A DNA stretch of 63,280 bases, the filler included, from Cercozoa sp. M6MM (lineage: Eukaryota > Protista > Endomyxa: Ascetosporea), in assembly GCA_040357565.1 (NCBI GenBank). It is 9 parts of 9 records of this genome, joined end to end, with 100 filler letters (N's around TTAATTAATTAA, not from the genome) between each part and the next. Parts side by side here need not be neighbours in the genome. Positions count along the whole stretch, not along the records: positions 18,803 to 40,421 come from JBDODJ010000193.1; 8 more parts are not named here. One strand, given 5' to 3'. The notes under the pieces were generated by a model. It did no database searches, was not told the origin of the DNA, and saw only the letters and a list, made by a program, of their open reading frames with translations. The translations under genes were made by a program, and so were the position numbers. This document shows, in pieces, positions 25,037-36,313 of this stretch (the stretch's first letter is position 1; the number at the start of each line of letters is the position of its first letter).

Positions 25037-27513
25037 AACCTTCGCGTCATGTCCCCAAATAATGGACGAAACGGCGAGAACCACCGAGACAAAGCTGTCA
25101 CGTCATGACATATACACGCACACACATTTCTTAGTCAGTATACCAAACCGTCATGATACTCATGAGTGCTTCGTGCTTGGCATCCGATCGCGAGTTGAAG
25201 ATGGCGACAGCGTCGGCTTCGTCGAGGTCTACAGTGTTCGGTGGAACCGCTATCGTAATCTTTTCCGTACGTCGGAGTTGATCTCGCGGCAGGTCTAAGG
25301 AGACAATGTCTCCAACTCGAAGATACATCAGCGGAAGCTCATTGAGCAAGAAGTCTTCCTGCGGCACTCAAACGGAATCATTAAAATGCGTTCAAGTTGA
25401 CACTGTTTAAACTACATAAAGCTCGTCGTAGAAGGGAGTGCCAACTGCTCCGTGCAACGACGTCAATTGCGCCTCAATCAGCGTCGACGCGTCTGTCGTG
25501 CCGCTCGCCTCCAGGAATGGCAGTGTAAACAGCACCACAAGCAACACTACAATCACTCTGGCACAAGCACAATAGCGTGTATTTAAGTTGGTATCCAACG
25601 GGTTTTAAGGTACTTTGCGGTGATCTGGTGAGCAATTTTCTGCGAGATGTCGGCTGCGTGCTGCATGTGCAAGACTCCGGGGAACGAAGTCAGTTGAAGG
25701 ATTATAACGAGGCTAGTACCTTTTCATCTCGAATGACACGGTGATTCTCTTCGTCATTCTCAGAACTCATGTTGCGCATGCGAATGAATCGACTCAAACG
25801 CACAAGTCGTGTTAGTTTAACGAGACGTCCAAGTCGTGTGCCTGCGGGGTGGGGGGGGGGTGAAAAGAGTAAACCAGCGAAGAAAAACAAAACGAAGAGC
25901 AAAGAAATGTTATAATTATTGGGGAGGTCAGATAAGTTGAAAGAGTATGCGGGCGAAGATGATGAGTTAAGGAGAAAGGGAAGTAAATGGGACGGATTTA
26001 ATAGGTGTATAGAATAACAGGGGGCAATGGGCTATAGGATAAAAAAGAGGTGCAGGACATGAGGAAGAGAAAGGGTTTAAAGCTGAGAGAACCTGCCCGC
26101 GCTGCTCTTCCTGTATTTAGTCAGTCAGAGAAAACAGAAACACCAAACTGAATTGCAAGCTGAAAAGGAAGAACACCTGCGCGTGCCAAGCTCAGCGAGC
26201 TGCCAAACAGCGCGGTAGTGAGAACTCCGACGTCAGCCAACAGCGACAGCGTTGCCAGAGTATCGAGCCAGAAGAATGTTCCCCAGCGATAGTTCTCCGT
26301 CGCGAGAGACAACATGTAAATTTCAAAACCCATGACAGCGAAGACAGCAAGAGTGATAACGTCCAGGTAGATATCGGCACTCGAATCAAAGCTCAACAGG
26401 AACACATCGCTTCCAAAGAGCGCAAAGAAAGTCGCCAGCACTGTGAGTATTTTAAACCAAGTCGTTGCCAGTAGCTTCTTTGCTTTGGGATGCGGCTCTT
26501 TCGCAGGCTCAATCTCCAACACACCAGCAGCGGTGCCGGTGTCGTACAAGGCCAGCGCTTTCGTTACTTCTGGACTTTCCACCAGGTCTGGGCTAGTCAG
26601 ACCTTTTCGGAAGGCGTCTGTTCCCAGACAACGTCAATCAACAATAAACTTTAATGAGGGATGCAGTTTTTGGCGTTGACCCAAAAGCCAACTTGCCAAA
26701 AACCGAATTACAATCTTTATCAAAAGTTCAGTTGTACCACGACGCTTTTTTCGAAATTCGGTCAGAGCAAAGAACTCGGAGGGGTCCCTCTCGCCAAGCA
26801 CGTTGGACATGGCAAAGGAAATCCGACGGGCAAAGTGCTTTAGAGTACTCGCACTCCTACCAAGACCAGATCGTGCTTGAGCCAGCGGTGTCGGACGACG
26901 GGGACGGTGAACAGTCGCCTTTCGCTCAAGTTGAAGACTGCGTAAGCTCGAAAGTGAAGAGTCGCGAAACAGAAGTTGCTTCGGATCCACTGCGGAACCC
27001 AGGAAACGTATCTTTTGTGACAGTCCTGATAAATATACGCACTTCCGCTGGGTATAAGTAATATTGTAAATTACTCCCAGCTTCGCAAGCACGCTCGAGT
27101 TTTTGAACAGCACGATGCCTTGACAGTGGCATGCTTCGATGTCTCACAGCAGAACGACGCGATTCCATGGAAGAACTAAAACGGGTAGAGCCAGGCCTGC
27201 CTTTCGAATGAATGTCGAGAGTCTCAAGCACATTCCGCAACTCGCGTGCACCAGGTTGTTTTACAATCTCGACCGCTTGGGATTCAACCACTTGATTTTG
27301 AGGAGCCAAACTTAACTTGCCGGTGACGTTCGACGCTGACGAGGATGGAGAGGTATTTCCCGTGTATCGACGTCGAAGTTTATGATCGAACAGGTCCGGA
27401 TTGCCTTCGAACTGAGGATCGAGACTCGATAAGCGTCTTGGAATTGCGCCAAGGTTATCCACCTTTATATGAATCCCTGCGGAACTTGCAGTCGATTTCT
27501 CACTTCCAGACAT
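23114..27513 (-). CDS. Ion-transport/voltage-sensor-like 6TM domain fused to a degenerate class III nucleotidyl cyclase domain
   Basis: TFFALFGSD, FFWLDTLATLSLLAD, S4-like ARAG|RAARA|GTRLGRLVKLTRLVRLSR; then SFSRYVPPQVVRRLI..VTVLHGK, GGCLIELFES, NAP..HEEKAVTAAL, IGVHT..VGNVGG..MKYSVFGEAPRLAQAL..LLVTE. Confidence 0.85.
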
Positions 27514-27864
27514 TGTTAAGTCCTTGCTGGAAACAAAGGAACACCCGACAACCCACTGTTGGTATTTTCAGTTGACTCAACCCGGATCACAGAGTTATTC
27601 CGCGCGGATCTGGAATTCAAGCAAGCGACTGGTCAACACAATGCTATGTTTGCAGTCGAGGCTGGCGGGATGACACGAAAGAAACAGTCACGCTTCCCCC
27701 GAAAATAGCATCGCTTGGAAACTGCCAGAAACTGAAAGCTCGCACTCAGTTGTGTACTTGCATCATGTCGGTGGCTGAAAACTGCCAGTGAGTTAATTCA
27801 CACGTTTAATAAAATGTGCGCACGTACCGTTCTTAGCAAACATCGTAAGAAAACTTGGAAATCA

Positions 27865-30800
27865 CTATCTCCGTGTCGACCTTAGTTGCTCAGTGTCAGG
27901 TAAACTGTCGAGAACTTTAAACCAGTCTTTGCAGCTGCAGCGCTTCGCATCGAAGTCGAAGTAACTCGAATTTGGCAAACTGTCACGCAAGTGCAGTACG
28001 ACGGCCGACCCAGTGCCCTGGAAAGTGACGTGAAACAGCATTTAGCACAGGGTTTCAGTTTATGAAATCAAACGCTGGAAAATTTACCGCATCCTCGTCC
28101 ATCGCTCGCAAGTTTGGTGTCGCTCGGGCAGCACACATCGCCAGCAAGTCTTCGTGCAACAGTCCGGCCATACTAAAGTGCAGGTAGGGATGGAACTCTT
28201 TTGTCGGACGGTACAGCGTCTTGCCGAAAGTGTGGAAACAAGCGCGCATTTGTTTCGTGACCCGCTGTCTGTTCCATGGCGCGAGCAGTCGCATCAACGT
28301 GCGCTCGCTTGTCATGTAGTTGGTGCACTCTTCATATTCCTCGGTATTGCACTTCCGGAACATTCCGCCTGCTACCGGTCGACTCCCGAGCTGTTGCCAT
28401 TTAATACATGAACGGCATTAGAACGTCAAGAATCGCTGGTAAATCCCATCGCAAAAGGTAATTTCAGCTACCAAAGCACGTTTCTCCTCTTCGGTTTTGA
28501 GTGCGGACATCGGAGTGTAGTCTCCACAGAAAACAGCGAGTCGAGGAACTGTCGCTGCGTGTTGCTGAGCAGGGAGAATCGCTTTGATGACATCGTTGAC
28601 GGTCGCAATTCGTGCCTCGTACTTGTCCTCTTCCTCCTCTTCCTCCTCGAAATAGAGTCCTCCCACTTCAACACCGTCGTCTTCTGCGCCCGAGCCCTGT
28701 GTCGACGGCACAAGGTCGGAGTCTGCCACAGCGAACGGATCGACAACTTTGCCTCCCAATATAGGAGCAGGCACTCTCGCAGCAAGGTACTCGTCCGAAT
28801 CAACCACTTGAATGACGTCGAATGTGCCGCGAAATCGCATCACCGCGTCCCACGCAGCAAGTTCCACCTAAAATTAAGTTGCGTTTCATCCAAACCTGTC
28901 TGTACAATAGGCAGTACCGCGTAGGTGTAGTGTGTTTTTCGTGAGCTTAGCATGTGCCAATCGACCAAAATGACACGACGCAGTAGCTTCCGGCTGCGCT
29001 TCGAGCACTCGAATTCTTCGAAGTCGTCGTCAAATTTGTCCCTTTCTTCCGTCACACCATCTAATCAACAGAGTACACACAGATATGTAGGGCTCATTTT
29101 CAGTTGGAACCTTACGATAGAATACCAAGAGACGCGCAAATGCGAGTCTCCATGTCGTGCAAAGTCATGCGAGAGGTCACGACGTAGAGAACGACGTAGT
29201 CAAACTTGAGAAGCGACAATGTATGTTTCAACCAGTGCGTCAGGGATGCGCTGTGCGCGTAGATCTTTGGAACTACTGCAGCTGTTAGCTTCTTGTTCGA
29301 CTGCGCACAAACGGCATTAATCAAACGATACTGCACTCGGAGGGTTTAAATGGACAAAGCACATTGTTCAAGTTCAACAGCGGAGTAGGGCCATCAATGT
29401 AGTGCACGTTGGACAGTGAGACCTTTGCCTCTGAGCGTTGCCACAACAGAAACCAAAAAGATACTAAATCTGGTCAAAATTTACAGGCATATTACCCCCT
29501 CCTTCGCGCGTGCGAATAATCAACTGCGGAGCATACTCGAGATGGTGCTCGGACCCCGTGCCGAAGCTGAAAACGTTTTCTTGAGACAGGGTTGCACGCG
29601 CCATTTCCCAAAAGTTTCGGTCGAACACGCACACGACTTGCGCATCATGCAAGTGCGCCTACGACGTAAAAAGCTACACGTTGGACAAAGACTTGGTGTA
29701 TTGCTCACTCTGGAGGATCGCCACTTGTCGGCGCGGGGAGTAAACGCTGACCACGACTGTGCTTGCATGTTGCGCCACCTTCTTCGTGGTAAAGTGTGCC
29801 TCACCACATCTTGAAACTGGAGCTGACAACCTAAGGGTATGTGGTTGGCGTGCTCATTAGCATTTTGAGGCAAATTTACCAGCGGATGCTTCGAGAAGTT
29901 CTTTCTTTTGAAGACGACTCAATGCAGAATCGCTAAGTTGCAGTAGCACTCGCACCGCAATGAGTTCGTTACTGCGCCAGCGCGCTCTCATTTCGTTCGG
30001 CACTTGCGTTTGCGTCGAAGAGGAGCGTATTGCGTGCCTTCGGCGCATCTTGCGGTAGTGGACGTGTCCAGTTTCCCAGGTTCGCGGAACAGACACGTAG
30101 TTGCAATCTCGTTCCGGCTCGTTCACCTCGACGATGCCAATCTGCCGTTCGAGTTCGGCCACAACAGCATCAGGAAAAACTGCCTTCTTTTTTCCAAACG
30201 ACTCGTGCTCTATATTCGCACAAAGAAGGTGCCTTAAGGATTGATTTCTATGTGTTCTCTGCCGTGTGTACCGAAGGCTTCCGAGAGAACAGACGCGTCG
30301 CTTATCCACCAGTCAGCGTACGCTGATACTGGCATCACACCGTCCCACGAGGCCTCATGCAGCGAAGTACTTGCAGTGAGTTGAGGAAGTGATCCTATAT
30401 GGTACATAGAAACGCTAATCATAGCATCCTTCACTTCCCAAGGAAAGTGAAAAAGAAACTGTACGAATCGTCAGGTATTGTTGAGTTGCTTCTTCAGTGC
30501 TTTGACGCTTTTCGGATACAGCGTCAGAAGAGGCCATCGAAGTATTTTCGTTGCCTAAGTCTGTCACGGTAATTGGTTTCAAAAGGTTCCTCGTTTCGCC
30601 TAATTCGTCCTTCTCCAGTAGCAGTTGGACCCGAACGCGCCACCAGAAAAGCAATCCGACAGTCGAGAAAACCAGAAGCACAAAGGGCAGGCAAAGCGTT
30701 CTTCTTCGGCCTTGGCGCTCGGTCGCAGCTGTCACCTCAGTATAGGACACCGTGTCGGATCGTAGCATCCTTCGCAGGTAACTTGCGCTTCTCGCGCACA

Positions 30801-31047
30801 AAGAACTCAAGCGTCCACATGGGCCGGGCTGACTCGCACGAAACTCGCGTTCCCAATCCATAGAGCTGCTGCCTCTCTCGATAATACATCGCACGACAGG
30901 CCCGTCCTGGCGTACTTCTCGCGCATCGTGGTCGCTTAATTCACAGCACGATGCACGTTCGTTCTCAACTGTCGTCACGCCTTGAGACTCGAAGTGGGAA
31001 TGAGCAGCCTCGCTTGAGCTTAGCGAGCCCGAGCGAAGCGCTTCCAT
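27865..31047 (-). CDS. Type II membrane glycosyltransferase, GT92/DUF23-like
   Basis: Single TM (LPFVLLVFSTVGLLFWW) after a cytosolic tail; LTHWLKHTLSLLKFDYVVLY; VILVDW; IQVVDSDEY (DxD motif); VLHLR near the C-terminus. Confidence 0.65.
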
Positions 31048-31762
31048 AAACGAAAGTCACAGCGAGCACCTACCAGCTAGCGCAACGTCTGTATTAAGTG
31101 AGGCACTACTGCAATGCACTAACAAGAGCAATAACTTCAAGCACACGTCAAGGATGTCCTACGGCAGACGACATTGACTTAATCAGGTCAATGAACTCGG
31201 ACAGGTCAAACTTGTTCAGCCCGGGTGATCATGACCCGGTGACGGTCGAAAAAGTTGTTCGTTGCTCCACTCAGGGTTGTTGCCTCCTTTAGAGTTGCTG
31301 TAGTTGCGACCTTAAAGGAACTGGTCTGGCGAATGTGCAGTTTTAGCATAATCGGGGACTACGCTGACTTGAAGTGGCATGACGCGGTGTTTCGGACATT
31401 AAGTGAGAACCGCGCCAGGGCGCGAGGCGTCGCTTCTGGCCTTTGTAGGTGCGAATCGGCGTGTATTGTACTTAGTGAGCACTCTTGGTTTATTCTTGAT
31501 TCGTTTGACCGAGGCACGCACCACCGTGGCGTGACCGCATCTTTTTGTTCTTTGGGAAGGTTGTGTCTCAACGAAAAGACAGATATCGCAGGGGCAGTGC
31601 AGTTTAGGAGTCTACCAAGCGTGGCTGAGCGATAACAAGACAGCGAAGTCGTGAATTAACCGACTACGTGATTTGTTGGTACAACCATTTTTTGAGTTTT
31701 CTCCCGACTTTAGGTATTTTTCTGAGCAGGTTTACTGAGAAAGTATTTTGATTGGGACGGCA

Positions 31763-32949
31763 ATGTCTGACACGGAAAACACGTCGCCTTTGCCCACCGA
31801 AGGCAGCGACAAGAAACATCGCGACCACATGCGACCTGTATCAATAGTATCTTCTGACTGTTTTAAATATCTAGTACCTGTTGCGAAGACACCGCTGCGC
31901 CTGTCGAGCCACCACGCAACCTTGCTGTCGCTTTCGCCGACGTTGTCGATGTCACCGCTCAGCACGTGCCACTCGCCCCCGACCGAGCAAGGTGCCGAGG
32001 AAAAGTCCAAAAATCGTCGCTACGTGCCGCCGCACATGCGGGCTCAAATGGTATTTTACGTCCTCTTGAGTTTTTACGATGAATGACATGGGTGAATTAT
32101 TCTGCCTCTCAGAAGCAAGAACGCGTGCGCTCGCATTCTTTCAGCACGGCAGTGCAGGGACAAGCCTTGCCGACTCACGTGGTGGCCGGATTGCCGGTAG
32201 GCACTCGCACTACCTTAGGCAGCAGTACGGCCTCCAACGGCACCAGCGTCCTCACAAACAGTGACAGTCGCATCGTTAAGACTCCGACATCGCTCAAGAG
32301 TAGTCACGACGCCGACGAGACCCCTGCCGCCATCATGCGACTGCTCGATCTGGACTCGGATATCGACGATGTGCCGCTTTTCGAAGCGGAGTCCGGCATG
32401 TCGATGCTGCGTCCGCCGCTGTCGCTCGAAGCACTCCGCCTCAATGACTCTCCTACCCCCGAGTCGCCGCGTCGCAAGCGCAAATCGTAGCTTTGCCTTT
32501 TCCTTGTTTCTTGTGCACTCGAGATGAACTGATTAAGTAGGCGTCGTCGCAAGACCACTGTCGAGCACGGAGGTGTGGGATACCTGGACGCCGCCACGCT
32601 TCGCATGGTCAAGTCGCAACAGCTGTACAAGACTGAGCTGTGCAGCAACTTTGTGCGCTTTGGTTCGTGCCTGTACGGCTCCAAGTGCAACTACGCGCAC
32701 GGCAGCAAGGACCGTCGTCCGCGCGAGCGTGTGGCGAACTTCAAGTCGCAGCCTTGCATCGACCCGGTTTGCGCTCGCTGCACCGAGCGTCGCTGCCAGT
32801 ATGCGCATCGCTGCAACTTTGCCCACCCTGGCGAGAGCATGCGTCGTCAGATGAGCGCTCCCTACGTCGATCGCGAGTACTTTGAGCGTCTGCGCTTTGA
32901 TTTCGGCAACGGCAGCGACGTCGAGTATCCTTTCGGCATCTTCATCTAA
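31763..32949 (+). CDS. Tandem CCCH zinc-finger RNA-binding protein (ZFP36/TIS11-like)
   Basis: YKTELC-x8-C-x5-C-x3-H (LYKTELCSNFVRFGSCLYGSKCNYAHG), second finger FKSQPC...CQYAHRCNFAH; N-terminal RYVPPHMR motif. Confidence 0.88.
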
Positions 32950-33019
32950 AGGTGTCTCTTCACGCTTAGTTAAATAACACGTATCATATTCAATCAGGTT
33001 AAATCACTTTCGACATCAA

Positions 33020-36000
33020 TAATTGAGGAGCTAGCCGAAGAGAGTCCGAACACGTTGTTCGTGATGTCAGCTACAATTTACGCAGATAAAACGTCGGATC
33101 ACATCGCAAGACAAAATGACAGTCGGGGTACCAACACTCCAGGCACTGTAGGAGGAGGCCTGCGAAACTGAGCGAGCGGTCGAAGGTGCCACAGGTGACA
33201 GGGGTGGCGACGGAATCTCGAGTTGCTCCGCTACCTCACCGCGCGCTTCCTTCTCTTGGCCATCATCGTTGTTCTTCTTCGTTGTGTCATTGCTTTTGTC
33301 AACTGTTGCTGTCGCTGGTTTCGGTTCAGTGCTAGTGTGAGATTCAGGCTCACCAGCCACTGCGGCATGTAGCTTCACCGACTCTTTGCAGCTCAAGCTC
33401 GAGTCATTCTCAAAGTCATTTGAATACGAGGTGGACAGGGTCGATTGTGTCCTGCAATGGAGCAGTTTACAGCTGCATCTTGAGTTGAGAGAACAGTTGA
33501 GACACCATTTCGCTACTGTACCTTCTGTTGATTCCGGGTTCTTGATTCTCACTCGAGCTGGACGGCGTCGTAGCTGCCGTGGTCGATTTCGGCGACTTTG
33601 TCGTCGCTGTGGCAGTGTCTGCCGGTCGCGCAGGCAGCGTCAAATCGCACGCGATCCGCGACACTCGACGTGCCATCGGCTGTACTCAAAGCAACGCAAC
33701 AAACATGAAAGTGAGTCACCATGAGAGCAACAGCGCCAATCGCAGGAAATGTACCTCCCTTGCTGTAGTTCCCAAATCCAAAACAGCACGCCCTCCTGTA
33801 CCGGCAGAATCGCGCTCGGCCTGCACGCGAGCAGCGGCGCGTTTCAGCGCGCGTTCCATACGGCGTTCCACGCGCTTTCGAGAGGCGACTTCTTCCATCG
33901 ATTTCTGCATTCATACCAGCAGAATAAGATACTAAAGAAGAGGGAAACTAAAGTACCCGTCGCTCAGTGTGAGCGAGGTGGTCGACGCGCGTAGCCAGCG
34001 AAGAGAAGCGACGCTTGAGCTTGAGTTTGCTGCCTTCGGTGTGTTTGCGCTCGAGCGAAAGCTGCTCGGAGAGTCTGGCGGCGTCGTTTTCGGCCGTGGC
34101 AGCGCGCTGCTGAAGCTGACTGAGAGAGGACTGTAGGTGCGCGATCTTACGCAGAAGTAGCTGCTTCTCGCGGTGTCGCTGCGACCGCTCGCGGTGCAGT
34201 TCGTCGCTCTTCTGCCGGCGCACGTCGGAGACGGCGTGGTGAAGCGACATGGTGCGCGACGTCGCCGTTGCCACGTCGCGCTGGTGCTCTGCCTCGAGTT
34301 GCGCCACGTGGCGGTGCACCTCGCTGAGTCGCGCCTCGGCCTGCTCGGCCGCTTTGTTGGCCGCCGCAGCTTGGTTCTGCGCATGCTCGAGTGCTCGCTC
34401 GAGCTCTCCGAGTCGGCGTGCGCTTTCGTCGACGGCACGTCGCCAGGTCTCGCGGCCACGGCGCAGTTCGTCGTGTGCCTCGGCGAGTCGGCGCTTGCTG
34501 CACTGCAGTTCCGCTTCGGCAGCGACCGCACGTCGACGCGACTCGGCCAGTTCGCAGGCAGTCTTGCGTTCCTCCTGGGCTAGCGCGCTGAGTGCGTGTC
34601 TCGCCTCGCTTTCGGCTTGCTTCTGCGCCCGCGCGGACGCTTGTTGCGCGTCGTGACTGCAGCGGACTTCCTCGCGCAGCACGCGCAAGCTTTGCGCCTG
34701 CTGCAGCGTCGAGGCCTGCAGCTGCTCCACGAGTCGGCGCGTCTTCTCGCTGGCGCGCTGGTAGACCTCGCTCTCGCGGTCGGCCGAGCTCTGCTGCAGC
34801 GAGTTGAGCAGCGCTTTGAGTCGCGTGACTCGGCGTCTCGCCACGTCTGCGTCGGTCCGAGTGTCGGCAAGCTGGATCTCCAACGAAGCACACCGCTCCA
34901 CGGCAGCGTTTCGCGAGTGCCGCAGTGTCTCAACCGTCTTGTTGGCGGCAACTGCTGCCTGCGCGAGCTGCTCGTTCTGCGAGCGCCAGTCCTCCAGCAC
35001 GCCGTCCAGTGCGTGCGCGCGCTGCTCCGCCGCGTCGGCACGCGCTGTTTCGCCGGCGGCGCTTTCGTCGCGAGTCTGCAACCGCCGCTGTGCCTCGCTC
35101 AGTGAGTTCTGCAGTTTCTGCACTTGCTCCTGCGAGGTCTGCTGCGCTGCCTCGGCGCTGAGAATGAGTCGCTCCAGTTCGCCGCGCAGACTCTCGCTGC
35201 GCGAACTCTCTTCTCGCAGGTCGTGACGCAGCTTGGCCACCGTGGCCTCGCGCTGTGAGGCGTCGCTTTCGAGAAGCTTCACTCGCGCGAGGAGCTGCTC
35301 GGCTGAAGCGTCAGCTGCCGCCAGCGAGGTCACTTGCGACTCGAGCTGCTCCACGCTGGTCTGGTACGAGTCCAGTTCGCCTGCCTTTTCCGACAATGCA
35401 CTGCGCAGCAGCTTGTTCTGCTTCTCCTGCGCTTCAATTCGCTTCTCTAGCAAATCAACCGTCGATTTGTCGGCTCCCTTCGCCTTGTCTGCAGAGGAAT
35501 CGGTCTTTGCGAAAGAGGCACAGCAACGAGGAAACTTAAAGGCCCTGTTGTACCAATTTGCTGCAATAGCACGGCCGCCTTGGTTTCGATCTCAGCGCGA
35601 AGCTCTGCGTTTTCGCTTTCGAGTGTGTCGACTTGCGAACTTTGCTGCTCCAGCGACTCTTTCGCCTGCACCAGAGCGTGCTCGAGTGATTTCACTCTTA
35701 TGTCGTAGCTCAGTAGCAGTGGAGACAGCTTCTCCATTTCAAAACTTGAAATCGAGCTTTGCTGGCGAAACTGTACTCGAGACGTATCGAAATCAGGGTC
35801 ACGCATTTGAAAGGCCCTGAGCTGTGCTTCCAGTCGCTGGGTGTAGTCGCGCAGCCGCGAAATCTCTCGTCTGGCAGCTTCATTGTCAGCGACGACGTTC
35901 AAGGCGAGATTCGCGTCGTTTGCTGTCAGTGTGGGTTTAGATGGACCCTTCATGAGTGCCGCCAGCATACTTTCGTTGCTGGAACTTCCTTCGGACGACT

Positions 36001-36121
36001 GAATTGACTCGCTGCCATCACTCACATCGTCTCCTGACGCCAAACGAAAAGCTCCGCCTGCCTTGAACGAAGCTCGATCGATTTTGAAGGCAGGTGCTCG
36101 CTCCCCCACGGTCACCGGCAT
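33020..36121 (-). CDS. Long coiled-coil protein, CEP89-like; 3' end uncertain
   Basis: EKLSPLLLSYDIRVK resembles the recalled CEP89 LSPLLLAYE/D motif; ~500-aa heptad exon at 33958-35490. Confidence 0.6.
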
Positions 36122-36313
36122 ACCAGCGTTCAGTAAAACCAGGCGACCGCACTAAAACGTCTCGGAACCTTTCAATGCGAGGTGTACCTCTGTCTGGGTC
36201 CTACCGATAATTGTCAGTTTCGGAAGAATCCGCGAGGAAGGCAAAACTAGGCATTCTTAGGCAGTGAGCTTTCTGAAACTGAAAGCTTGAGAATTAGAGG
36301 TTCCATTAGGCGC

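Noticed and set aside
16205-27513. SBP-like receptor and pseudo-cyclase as a linked signalling cluster
   Set aside because: They lie on different contigs separated by an artificial spacer, so proximity is not evidence
33932-35820. Long overlapping or antisense ORFs as separate genes (also around 1849-2621, 22061-22741, 53608-54309)
   Set aside because: Shadows of GC-rich or low-complexity coding sequence
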